A stretch of 63,461 nt of DNA, the filler included, from Chiloscyllium plagiosum (Eukaryota), in NCBI RefSeq assembly GCF_004010195.1. It is 4 parts of one record of this genome, joined end to end, with 100 filler letters (N's around TTAATTAATTAA, not from the genome) between each part and the next. Parts side by side here need not be neighbours in the genome. Positions count along the whole stretch, not along the records: positions 45,372 to 57,964 come from NC_057711.1; positions 58,065 to 63,461 come from NC_057711.1; 2 more parts are not named here. The stretch is one strand, 5' to 3'. The number at the start of each line of letters is the position of its first letter. The first letter of the stretch is position 1. The position numbers were made by a program, and so were the translations under genes. The notes under the pieces were generated by a model. The model was not told the DNA's origin and ran no database searches. It was given only the letters and a program-made list of their open reading frames with translations. Shown in pieces: positions 51,142-62,915 of this stretch.

Positions 51142-52467
51142 AATTGCAAATATGCATAGCTCATGTCCAATTTTGTAAAGGACAGCATCCCTTGCCAGCT
51201 TTGCGGATACATCCTCTATGTGAAGCATTGCATATTTTTCCAGCTGCAAAAAATGGTTTACCATTTTTTTTAAATCCCCACAAAGGTGAACTGACTGGTC
51301 GGGCTTCAAAATTGGTACAACTGGTGCTGCCATTCCACAATTGTATAAAGCAGATGGCACTGGGCAGGTCTTGCAGAATCATGGAATTCCTGGTCAGCAT
51401 GTAAGGTGACCCCTTTGATAGACCGTGGAACTTCCTGAAAAACCTGTGGGTATTTCATTAAGACTTCACTCAGACAGCCAATTTCTAATTGAAAAATGTT
51501 GAGCCAATCTAGATGTATCTCTCTCAGCTAATTTCGCCCCATCATGCTTAGGCCCAAGCCTGTTACTTCCAGCACTTTGGAGTCCAGAATGAATTTTGTT
51601 GAAGAATGGTTCTGCACTCACTGAAATAGCTGCACTCATATAGTCCTCCATTAGAATCAGATGAACCATTTTATCAGGCGTTTATTTTGATTGGTTCTGA
51701 TTTAGATGTCACTAAGCAATTTAACTGTTCCAAACCAAATGTATGTGGACTTTGCAGGGTGTGCACTCTCTTGGATATCTGCCTATGAGTTCTCTTATTC
51801 AATTTAGGTCTAATAAGGTCTTGAGTCTAAGTGTGACAGAAGTAGGGCTTCTCCCAGTAACAGTCCTGGATTCATGACCACCATTTTTATGAATGGCAAT
51901 GTACAGCATGGTGTTTGCATGGAAGTCACTTTTATAGGGAGAAAAGTGCAGAAGGAGAAAAGGCCTTCACTGAGACCTCTGTCACTGGGTGGTGTGGATA
52001 GCTTAGCTGGAGTCTATAGAAGCATATAAAGTTATAACATTTTCAAATAAATATTAAAATACATTTGCATTTTCATAGACATTGATTTATAAGTAGTCTA
52101 TTTTATTATATTTTAAATGTTACTATGCTGCTTTTCTCATTTTTATTTTCATCTGGCATCATAATGGATTTCCAATGTTAACTTTGGAAGATAGCTTGTG
52201 AAGCACTATTTAAACCCTAATTTTGTAAATGTTACACTAAAATTGTCCACTGATGCAGTTTGATCCATCAGTAAATAATGAGATATAAGCTTTGTAAATA
52301 ATGACAAAAGTAATGACAACAGTATTAATAACTTATAAAGGGCTGTATTTTGACAGAAATCTAATTGTATGGTGAATTTGTATTTTATAACCAATTGATA
52401 TTCCATACATATCTAACAAGCTACCAAGCAAAGTTACTAAATTTGTGTTCAGACGTTTCGTGATTAA

Positions 52468-52693
52468 AACAGAAAATGCTGGAGAAACTCAGCACGTCTG
52501 GTAGTATCTGTAGAGAGAGAGAAAAAGGTTAAAGTTTCCAGTCTGATATGACAGTTCTGCAGAATGGCAAATTCAGAAGAAGTCATATTGGACTCAAAAC
52601 ATTAACTTTGTGTCTTGTTCCAAGGTGCTACCAGACCTGCTGGATTTCTCCAGCACTTTGCTTTTATTTCAGATCTCAAGCTTATATTTTGAG
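52468..52693. mobile_element. Older inverted PLE-like terminus pair
   Basis: A minus copy is followed by a plus copy of gctgccagacctgctg-type sequence. Imperfect TSD gttt(c/t)gtgattaa at 52455-52467 and 52694-52706. Confidence 0.6.
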
Positions 52694-54307
52694 GTTTTGT
52701 GATTAAGTAACTTTAACTTTGCATTTTCCATCTTCATCAAACCACAAAATAAATTTTCGTAGATCCATTCTTTGTGGAATTTTCAATACTTTAACATAGA
52801 TTGGATTGAGAGATCCTATCCTACTGCCCTACTGTACTGCCCCATTCCTCTCCATAAAATTGAATCATCACCCTTCCTTTAATTGGCAGATAATTAAAGC
52901 ATCATCCTTGCTTTAAAGTACAAACTATTTCCTACAGCATGTGCAAAGTTAAACAACAAATTTTATTATAGCTTATACAATTTGGTTTTTGGTCAGGAGA
53001 AATCACTACAGTTGTGCTTTCATATTTTATTGTTTACTTGTGTTTGCATTAGAAACCCAAAGGTTAATTTAGGCTCACATTAGCTACATTTTAATTGTAC
53101 TGTTGATGAATATTTGGGTTGGGTAGAGTTCAATCAACTTCTGGAATTTGCAATCTGTGTTGTGCACTTGATTGTACAGCTGTACTTGGCATTAATTTCT
53201 CTACTGTATCACAATCTCCTGTCTACTGTAACTGAAACATGTGTTTCACTATATGTTTCAGTGAGGATTTATCATACTGTTCCTTAAAATATAATTAAAC
53301 CAGTATAAAGAAAATTACTATAATGATCCTCAAAAATGTTGTCCTAACTAATCTACTGGGTATTACCTGAATATTTGTTTTTTCTATGAACTAAAACTAG
53401 AACATGTACCAATAATGTAAAGTTTCTGACTAAATGCTCTTTTATAATTTTGATATTTTATCTATAAAATAATTAAAGTTGATTTTTATTGTGTAAATAT
53501 ATTTACATCCTCAATAATTACAAAATGGAGCTTACCCATTCAATATTTGTGTTGTACACTTTAATAAAAATGTTTGTGAATTTGAAACAGGTCAGAACGT
53601 TTATATTTTTATTACTCCTAATGACATGCATTCTTGTTTATGACATCACTGCACTGATGATATCAAAGTGATGAGATAAATTTTCTTAAAATAAATTAGA
53701 ATTTTTGAACAGAAACTGTAGCTAGAAAATACTGTCCATCCTCTTATGTACAAGTCTAGTTTTTCTTTGGTGCATGTTGTTTGCATTTTTAACAATAGCA
53801 TTAAAATGCATCAATGATAGTAAGGCCACAAACTCAAAACTATTAAAAATATAGAATGGTCACTTTTATTCAAATGTTAATTTGTTTTGACTATAATTGG
53901 AAATGCAAGAGAAGACCAAACAAGGGCAGTGTCACCAAACCACATGATCCGACACAACACGAGAAAAAGAGAACATAATGAACAAGGTGGCACAATGTAT
54001 AATGATCCCAAGCAGACAATATAGTTTATAGCTTTGCACGTAGCTGTATCAAATGGTTGCAATCAGATTGGGAAGTTTCAATGACAATTTGTATAATGGA
54101 CACAGATTTGGAATTCCATTTCCAAATCTTGATTCATAACCTGTAGATTTGGCATTTCAAATGTATATCCAAGTATTTTTAAATGTGATGAGGGTTTCGG
54201 CCATGTCTGCTGTTTTAGGCAATAAGTTCATGACCATTGAAACATGACAAAAAATTCCCAAGTTAAACAAGTTAGCACAATAATCAACCCACACTGAAAC
54301 TGGTGGA

Positions 54308-54672
54308 GTCATTGAGTCATACAGCACGAAAACAGACCCTTTGATCCAACCAGTCCATACCGAACAAAATCCCAAACTAAACTATCCCACCTGAATGATC
54401 CTGGCCCATATCCATCCAAACCTTTTCTATTCACGTACTTATCTAAATGGCTTTTGAAAGTTATAATTGTACTCATGTCCACTACTTCCACAGGAAGTTC
54501 ATTCCACACATGAACCCCCATATGAAAAAAATTTACCCCTCATGTCTTTTTTAAATCTTTCTCCTCTCACCTTAAAAATGTTCCCCCAGTCTTGAAATTC
54601 CCCATCCTAGGGAAAAGACAACTGTCATTAACTCTTTCTATACTCCTCATTATTTTGTAAACTTCTATCATG
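54308..54672 (-). mobile_element. CR1 LINE 3' fragment
   Basis: IEVYKIMRSIERV; VHVWNELPVEVV. Confidence 0.85.
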
Positions 54673-55089
54673 TCCTGGTATTCTACTGTGTTAAATATGA
54701 AATTCTGATGGGGGCTTGAAGATATCTTCTCAGACCTATAGAATAAGAATGGACAGTTGTTTATCAGATAATGGGGCCATCCAGATATTGTAAGGAGATG
54801 TCGAGGGTAGCTTGTGAAATGCCCAAAGCAGGACATGTAGGAATACAGAATACTTGAGCACTAATAAACAGACATTTTTATTGGCCATCATATTTACTGG
54901 CCATTTCTTCATAGTGAACTTTTGTGAAACATATCAGATGTATCAAGTAGTGGGAAAACCTCAATATATAATCAACCTTAATACTCATACCATTCAGTCA
55001 ATTGTTAATAGATTGTATAGGACTATTACTGTTACGCATTGTCAGATATGACGACTTGATTTCCAGAAACTATTCCTTTGAGGACAATC

Positions 55090-57130
55090 ACAGCTACATC
55101 ATCTCATTTCATTATAGAAAAGAGAAAAATGAAGAAAAAACACGTGTCTTCGAGCCGTAGTCAATAATATTTCTTCAGTTCTAACTTGGTCTCTCTAAGG
55201 TCTGAACAGGCAATCTGCATCACATTTGATTTTCTGGCAAGGTAGATGAATTTTAAAGGGTGCACTTGAAGGGATAAACTTCTAGACCATGGCATAACCT
55301 AGCATTCTAAGTCTCAAACTTTTCCATAATAGTAAACAAGTTGTGTTCAATAGACTGTATTTTCTCTGTTTCCATTTCTTAAAATATATCTCGGAGAGTC
55401 TGTGAACCACTAATGAAGCAAAAGTTTCCTTCAGTAGAATGGAGTACCATCACTGATGTTTGTTTAGATTTTTTGAGTACCTGATTGTCTCTCTATTCTG
55501 GATTTGTCTTCCTGAAGGTGGACAGCCCCTTACCCAATGTCACACGCATAAATAACTCTTTGCTTGCTTGTTTAAAGATTGAGGAGAAAGTGAGGTCTGC
55601 AGATGCTGGAGATCAGAGCTGAAAATGTGTTGCTGGAAAAGCGCAGCAGGTCAGGCAGCATCCAGGGAACAGGAGAATCGACGTTTCGGGCATAAGCCCT
55701 TCTTCAGGAATGTTTAAAGATTGGACATCCAAGCACAGGCTCATTTATTAAAATGGCCTTCAGCTTTTCAAAAGCAGTTTAGTACTTTTCAGTCCATGCT
55801 ATCTCTGCTTTTTTTCCTGTAGTAAGTCTGTCAGGATGACATTTTGGGAGAATCCACACGTTACAAGACGATTTACCATTTTGTAGTAGGAATGGGGATT
55901 TGTGCTGCTGCTCCTACCTTTGCAGCCTGGGCAGTACTCATCCTAGATCCATTACATGTCCTTTTTGGTCACTTGGGTCATAGCAAACCTATTCTTTGCA
56001 AATTAGGTCAGCTGACCATATTTCTTTGGAAGAGGGCTTCTAATTACTCTATTTCCCAAGAGTCACTGAACACCTGAAGGTCGTTTGGATAGAAAATGCA
56101 ATTAGTTAAGCCTGCTGCTTTCTGGTTCATCTTTGAAGGTGACTGGGCTTTTCTGGAGTCTGAATGACATGATTCAACAGTGGGGTACCTTGTCTGGAGT
56201 TACAAAGGCAGGGATCTTCTTGCGTAGGCAGTCAAGGGCAACCTTGCAGTCAAGTTCTCCTTCACTGTATTGGTACTATAGGCTGCTCTACCAACCCTAT
56301 CTAAGCAAACTTCCAGCCAGAGTATTGAGTAGGAGTCAGCTCCAATCTCTACATTAATTTTTCAGGAAATGCAAAGTATCGTAAAGCTATTCAGCTTGGG
56401 CATGAGCACAACTGGGGAGCTCCAGCTATTGCTGCTAGGCTCTATCAATCATAGAGTTAATAATCTCCTGAATCTGGCCTAGCTAAGAGGGACGTTGCCT
56501 TATGGGAAGGGTCTCTCCCACATCATTAAGAGCTAGGGTGGTGCAGCCTGGCTTTTTTCAGTGTAAGCTCTTACATGCAGACAGCAACCTTGTTAAGTAT
56601 GTTCACTGCTCCGCATATAGGTGGTTGATAAACAGGCTAAGTTTGGTAGTATTTCTATACAAATTAGCTCGATGGTAGGAGGTTGAACATGGGCTTCACC
56701 AATGTCTTGATTTGATTCACCCCTACCACATGTCTCATTCACTAAGTTGGATGGTCTCTTACGTGCTTGTCCCTTTCTTGATGTGGTATTGCTTTAATAC
56801 TTTGACACAGCCTTTGCTTATCTGGAGTCTCAATCAGCCAACTCACCTCCCTAAGTGTCTTGACTGATCTGCACAGGCTACTGAACTGGGCCTTTAAGAG
56901 GTTTCCTCATTGTGATAGGAAAAATAATAATAGTCTCCAGGCTGAAAGGTTTGGACCCAGTTTGTCTGCTGTGTGCTTCATCATAGTTTGGAAGATTTTC
57001 AAATGTTCTCCTGTTCCAAGTTTACTAGTGTCACTCACAGAACTCTTGAACACTTTCAGATCAAACTCACACTCCTGCCCTTTTTTCTGAAGTTCTCTTG
57101 TCTCCTTTATACTTTGTCTCTTTCTCATCT
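55090..57130 (-). mobile_element. Highly decayed Gypsy (Gmr1-like) element, RT-RNase H at the pol C-terminus
   Basis: Minus remnants AFVTPD, PNDLQVFSDSW, LTDLLQ, WTEKY*TAFEKLKAI, KNLNKHQ*WYS..KET and ADCLFRP*. No integrase follows RH. Confidence 0.55.
55582..55710 (-). mobile_element. Young short PLE-terminus insertion with a 13-bp TSD and intact hammerhead core
   Basis: tgtttaaagattg at 55569-55581 and 55711-55723. Reverse complement reads ttcCTGAAGAagggcttatgcccGAAACGTCgatt. Confidence 0.9.
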
Positions 57131-57647
57131 CCTTCTCTGTTTTTTCTCTTTTTCTCTCCTTTCTCCTTTTGCCCTCTTTCCTATTCCACTACATCTTCTT
57201 GCTATCCGAAGGACAAAATTTATACATCTTTAATAATAACTTCCCCTAATTTTACTCAGAACGTGCTGGCATCACATCTAGACATCTCTGTACTGTAACA
57301 ATGCAAACTCAAGAAAACCTTTTGTAGATTTTTTTTTTTGATAAACTGGCCTCTAAATTTACTCACTCTACTTTGTTAGTTTGTGGATTCAAAATGGGTC
57401 AAAGTTTGGTGTAATCATTTGCCAGGTGAGATTCCCCAATCTGTTATGGTTTCAGATAGGGTACTTCATACTATTAAGCCCCCAGATGAGAAAGGATGAA
57501 CTGGCTCCTGTTGTTTATTCACCCAGCCCCTCTGTTGCAACAAGGTTAATTTCAAAAGAATGCCTTCTCCTGTGGAGACTTTTCTCCCAGAAACAAAGGA
57601 ACTTATGTTGTAAAAGCTGCCAATTTAACCAGGCTTTTCTGAATTAA

Positions 57648-58566
57648 TGATTCGGAGATGCCGGTGTTGGACTGGGGTGTACAAAGTTAAAAATCACACA
57701 ACACCAGGTTATAGTCCAACAGGTTTAATTGGAAGCACACTAGCTTTCGGAGCGACACTCCTTCATCAGGTGATTGTGGAGGGCTCAATCGTAACACAGA
57801 ATTTATAGCAAAAATTTGCAGTGTGATGTAACTGAAATTATACATTGAAGAATTGATTGTCTGTTAAACCTTTCATCTGTTAGAATACAGTGAGAGTTTC
57901 ACTTCTTTCATGTGTAAATCACAAAACCCTTTTTTTTTAAAGTTGCATTCTCGGTTAGCTGTAANNNNNNNNNNNNNNNNNNNNNNNNNNNNNNNNNNNN
58001 NNNNNNNNTTAATTAATTAANNNNNNNNNNNNNNNNNNNNNNNNNNNNNNNNNNNNNNNNNNNNTGGGATGTCTGGATTGTGCACTTTAGGTTGTCCATA
58101 GAATCTGGGGGTGTTGTTGCTTTCAGGTTTCATTCTTTGTAGGTCCGACCTGGTTATCTGTCCGTTTTTTTGTGGGTTCCTCAGTGTGTTGTTTATCCTA
58201 TTGGTGAGCTGTGGGGTGGGTCAAACTCCCTCTTTTGGTAGGTGTTGGTATCTGCAAGTAGTTGTTGAGCTTTTTGGATGTACTCTGCTTTGTCCAGGAT
58301 GACCGTCATTCTGCCTTTGTCTGCTGGAAGTATGATTATGTTCTTATCGTTTCTTAGTGATTTTAGTGCTTCCCTCTCCTTGGTGTTGAGGTTATGTGTT
58401 TGTCTTTTCCTTGTTATCAGAGGTACGATACTTTGTCTCACTGTTTGTTGTGTCTCTTCTGTCAGTCCATTGTTCCTGAGTGTGCATTCTAGTGCTGCTA
58501 GGAAGTCTGTTGTCTTGGTGTCCCTGTGGTTGTAGTTGAGTCCCTTGGCCAGTATTGTTCTTTCCA
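57648..58566 (-). mobile_element. Penelope-like element family B: RT N-terminus (58065-58566), gap, 3' terminus (57648-57964)
   Basis: LAKGLNY, ILPADKGRMTVILD (PLE DKG motif) and TPRFYGQPKVH. Linkage of the two halves across the gap is inferred. Confidence 0.8.
57738..57772 (-). ncRNA. Minimal type I hammerhead ribozyme (family B)
   Basis: CAC-CUGAUGA-a-GGAGU-guc-GCUCC-GAAA-GC-UA-GUG. Confidence 0.75.
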
Positions 58567-58574
58567 TTATTGTT

Positions 58575-59455
58575 CTAGAGGGTTATATAAGGGTACATTG
58601 AGATCTTGATCAACTAGGCCACTGGGCTAAGGAGTAGCATGGACTTTAATTTGGATGAATGTGAGGTGCTGAACTTTTGTAAGACAAATCAGGGCAGGAC
58701 TTACACAGTTAGCGCAAAGGTCCTGGGGTAATATTGTAGAACACAGAGATCTAGAACAAAGAATGAAGAACAAGCAACAATACAGAACAGGAACAGGCCC
58801 TCGGGATGCAGATACATAGTTCTCTGAAAATGATGTCACATGTAGACGGGGCAGTGAAGAAAGTGTTTGACATATATACCTTTTTTGGTCAGAAGACTGA
58901 GTCTAGAAGTTGGGACATCATGTTGTCACTGTACAGGACATTAGTGAGGCTACGTTTAGAGTACTGTGCACAATTCTTGTCACCCTGCTGGAGGAAGGGT
59001 GTTATTAAACTGGAAAAGATGCAGAAAAGATTTACAAGGATGTTACCAAGACTGGAGACTGGACAGACTGGGACTTTTTTCCCTGGAGCATTGGAGGCTG
59101 AGGGGTGATCTTGTTGAGGCTTATAAAATCATAAGAGACATGGATAGGTGAATAGTTAAGGTCTTTTTTCCCAGGCTAGGGGAGTCCAAAACTAGACAGC
59201 TTAGGTTTAGAGGGGAAAGATTTAAAAGGAACTTGGGGGCAACTTTTTCATACACAGGGTGGTGCATTTATAGAACAAACTGCCAGAGAAAGTGGTAGAG
59301 GGCAGTACAATGACAACATTTAAAGATAGTTGGCCAGGTACATGATTAGGAAAGGTTTATAGGGATATGAAACTAGTTTAGTTTGGGAAACCTGGTTGGC
59401 ATGGACAAGTTGGACTGTTTCCATTATATATATGACTCTATGTCTGTGACTCTAT
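58575..59455 (+). mobile_element. CR1 LINE 3' fragment
   Basis: LYRTLVRLRLEYCAQF; RGDLVEAYKII. An antisense CR1 tail scrap lies at ~58751-58804. Confidence 0.85.
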
Positions 59456-60099
59456 AAATAACATCAATCTTCAAACCAGGGGCCTATTTTTAACTTTTAT
59501 AGAACATGTATAGTGAATTACCCGCCTGTTCTATCCCCATCAGATTTTGTTTCCACTGAAATCAAGCAGATGTATAAGGAGCAGCCATCTGTTCCCATGA
59601 AAGTTGAAGGTTTACACCCCTGCATCTCACCAAAGCAACCACAACTAAGTCAAGAAACTTTCATGCTGCAATGCATCTTTGAGAGATTTACAGAATCAAA
59701 ATACTTAAAAGCTCATGGAGCATACTTGAATGTAAATGAATATATTTTTAAAGGAATGCTTTGATTATGGAAAGTGGAGTGAGGCAGATGTTTCTAGATA
59801 CAAGTTCACTTTTTAATTAAGTACAATTTATGTTGGCATGCCATATTCTCAAGCTTGTTAACTTTGAAATCAATGACAACATTCATGGACTTTTGATGCA
59901 CATTGTATTCTGCAGGAACATGTTTCGCAGTCAGTCTTCATTACTCAACCACAAAATCTGTCACATATGCATCCTGTTTGTGGAATTTAATAGAAGTTGG
60001 CTTAATTTACTGTCAAATATACTGCACTCCTACAAGTGGACCTCATTTATCTGAAATATTTGACAATTCTTAAGCATTTAACTAATATCAAGGGCATGG

Positions 60100-61650
60100 A
60101 ATTAATCTCCAGTGGCACTAGAGGCTAATTCTTCTCTGACAGCCACTTCTGGCACACCCTGCAAAAGGAAAGGTATGCATCCAGACACCCTATGTATGCC
60201 AGAGGCAACTGGACCAGGATTACTCTGACATTCCTCAGCCGTACTGGCTGATGTGATACCCACTGCTCAAATTTGGACCACAAAGTTTACTTGTACACAT
60301 CTGCACATCACTCATCAAAGATCAGGTGTTCAGCTACAGAGACGACCCATTATTAACTTTGTTAAAAATGTTAAACATTCGTCTTGCAGATAAAGTGATT
60401 TTTAAGAACTTCTGTTATTGCAAAATGCCTGGAGGTGCCTTTTAGTATCGTTAGGTGTGATAGGGAGAATCTTAACACCCTCACTGGGATGGTGAAGGGT
60501 AGCTAATCTGTCTGCACATTGGGTGCAATTTGTATGGGAGTTGCTCGTGCAGTCCCTCTGAGTGAACAGCATAGCAGAGTGATGGAGCAGAGGCTGGGGA
60601 GAAGGCAAGCTCTACACAATGGTGAGCTCCTCTATGCTCCATAGCAATGGAGGCTGTCTGACAGTCCAGCCAATCTACCCAACATCTTGATGCACAAACA
60701 CCACAATATTCCTCCTGCAATATCTCAATGTCGAGGTTCTCATCCTTGACCCTGTAGCAGGCCAGTTCTGTGACCTCACCTTTGGTAGATGAACCATCCT
60801 TTAACCCTGTCCTGGCTGCATACAAGTTTGGTGCTGATCCTAACAATTTACTAGGCTCTGATATGCATACAATATCTGACCTATGTATCAGGGATATGCT
60901 GTTGCTCTCTCTGTCTCTCTGTCTCTCTCTCTCTCCTGCTTGGGTCTGCTGTGGTGACTCCTGGCATTTGGAAGCACAAACTCAGCAGAGAAGGTTGATG
61001 TGAGGAAAAGTGCTCCTGTTGGGATCAAGAGACCGCAATCACACCATCTGCATCTTTCTAATCATGCAAAATAACAAGCTGAAGGTGCGCTGAGAGTTGC
61101 GAAGGGGACGTACAGCAGGAACATAGTTACATTCTCAAATTCAGTGATGCCAACTGATATGGGTTCCATTCAGTTGGCCCTACATTGCTCAGAGCCATTA
61201 TTTTTTATCCTCCATCAGATACCTCTATTCATTTCTATTGAGTTCCACCTTCTCCCAAAATAAAAAAAGAGTGACATAACTGAATAAATGGAGTTACATG
61301 AAGGGAGTGAGAGATCTGCATGTGTCTGGTAGTGCTGGTGTGAGAGTGTGAGAGAGTATTTTGTGAGTCCTGAGTGTGAGTGGATAATACTGGATGGATA
61401 ATGTGAGTGTGGTGTATTGAGTAGCTTGAGATGTAGGTCAGTGATATCATATGAAGATGTATTCAATGACCTAGGCCCCCACATGAGGTCAATAAATTGC
61501 TTGTGGTACTGTAATCAGCATCTTGGATTCAGACCTCCCGAGACGTTTGCTAACAATTACTTCCACAGGAAAATCCCCTATTTTTTTTTTCAGTTGTCCA
61601 TCATATCAGTGACCCTGGAGACCTCTCTCTCTATCCTGGTGTTCTATTTT
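60100..61650 (-). mobile_element. Possible decayed Harbinger-type DNA transposon (Myb/SANT-like remnant)
   Basis: Minus-strand LQYHKQFIDL (QCRKKFNDL-like) near 61480-61520; weak. Confidence 0.3.
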
Positions 61651-61699
61651 CCATGTTAGCAAGTATATTTCACAGCAACTTCCAGTTATGTAGGAAGCA

Positions 61700-62240
61700 C
61701 TGCCTATGTAGGAAGTTTTGCAAGAAGTGCAAAACTTGTGCCCACACCTCCCCCCTCACCTCCCTCCAAGGCCCCAATGCACCCTTCTATATCTGTCACA
61801 AATTCACCTGCACCTCCACACACATCATTTACTGTATCCGCTGCACCCGATGTGGTCTCCTCTACATTGGGGAGACAGGCCGCCTACTTGCGGAACATTT
61901 CAAGGAACACCTCAGGGATACCCGCACCAACCAACCCAACCGCCCCGTGGCTGTACACTTTAACTCCCCCTCCAACTCCACCAAGGACATGCAGGTCCTT
62001 GGCCTCCTCCATCGCCAGACCCTGACCACACGACGCCTGGAGGAAGAGCACCTCATCTTCCGCCGAGGAACCCTTCAACCACAAGGGATGAATGTAGATT
62101 TCTCCAGCTGACTCATTTCCCCTCCCGCACACCAGCCTCATTCCTGAAGAAGGGCTTATGCCCGAAACTTCGATTCTCCTGCTCCTCGGATGCTGCCTGG
62201 CCTGCTGTGTTTTTCCAGCACCACATTTTTCAACTCTGCA
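61700..62240 (+). mobile_element. PLE 3' fragment: Cys-rich linker, GIY-YIG endonuclease and hammerhead terminus
   Basis: CKKCKTC...FTCTSTHIIYCIRCTRCGLLYIGETGRLLAEHFKEH...VAVHFN; terminus ctgaagaagggcttatgcccgaaa at ~62144. Confidence 0.9.
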
Positions 62241-62484
62241 CCTTTACTAGGTCCCCTACTGAATGCAGAGGCAATAGCAGAATGGGAACCTCTTGGCCCA
62301 AAGCCATAATCATGCAAATAAGCTGCCAACTTCAAATTTGTGCATTCTCCACTTCTACCACAACCAGCAGGGCTAGGAAATTAACCATAGCCTCCATGCC
62401 TGATTCTTGGTACTATCCAGGTTTTAGGTCAATGATCTTTATTTTTGACATTTTACATGTGGTAACCTGTTACAAATTGTTTTT

Positions 62485-62785
62485 GTTTTATTCGTTCCTA
62501 GGATGTGATGTCACTGGTCAGACCAGTATTTATTACCCATCCCTAGTTGCATTAAGTGTCAATGACATTATTGTGGACCTGGAGTCACATGTAGGCCAGA
62601 CCAGGTAAGGATGGCAGTTTTCTTCCCTAAAGGACATGAGTGAATCAAGCGGGGTTTTCCTGACAATCAACAATGGAGCCGTGGTCATCATAAGACTCCT
62701 AATTCCAGATATTTATTGAATTCAACTTCCACCATCTGTCATAGCAGGATTCGAGCTCAGAACACTACCAGGGTCTCTGTATCAA
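62485..62785 (-). mobile_element. Head+tail SINE of the tRNA-headed LINE family
   Basis: ggagtcacatgtaggccagaccaggtaaggatggcag is identical to 1976-2012. Confidence 0.8.
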
Positions 62786-62787
62786 TA

Positions 62788-62912
62788 AGGATAAAGTGAG
62801 GATTGTAGATGCTGGAGATCAGAGTTGAGAATGTGGTGCAGGAAAAGCACAGCAGGTCAGGCAGCATCCGAGGAGCAGGAGAATCGACATTTCAGGCATA
62901 AACCCCTCATTC
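62788..62912 (-). mobile_element. Short PLE terminus (degenerate hammerhead)
   Basis: Homologous to 55582-55710. Confidence 0.75.
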
Positions 62913-62915
62913 CCG

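Larger units (their letters stand above)
47960..51830 (-). mobile_element. Decayed Gypsy retrotransposon (PR-RT-RH-IN plus 3' LTR ~47960-48328) with four PLE-terminus inserts
   Basis: Minus fragments APVVPILKPDQSVHLCGD, TKLDMSYAYLQ, YLDV, TCDASLYGI, WLHIDFA and TAPYLPSSNGLAERAVQ in Gypsy order. PPT gagggggaggaa precedes TGTAATG. The LTR is homologous to 18266-18500. Confidence 0.88.

Noticed and set aside
55030..57300. TGTTAC...GTAACA as element termini
   Set aside because: Only a 6-bp match with no TSD.
59905..59990. Candidate next aminopeptidase exon after ttctgcag (also ttttatag at ~59500)
   Set aside because: In-frame stops and no similarity to the expected M1 segment.
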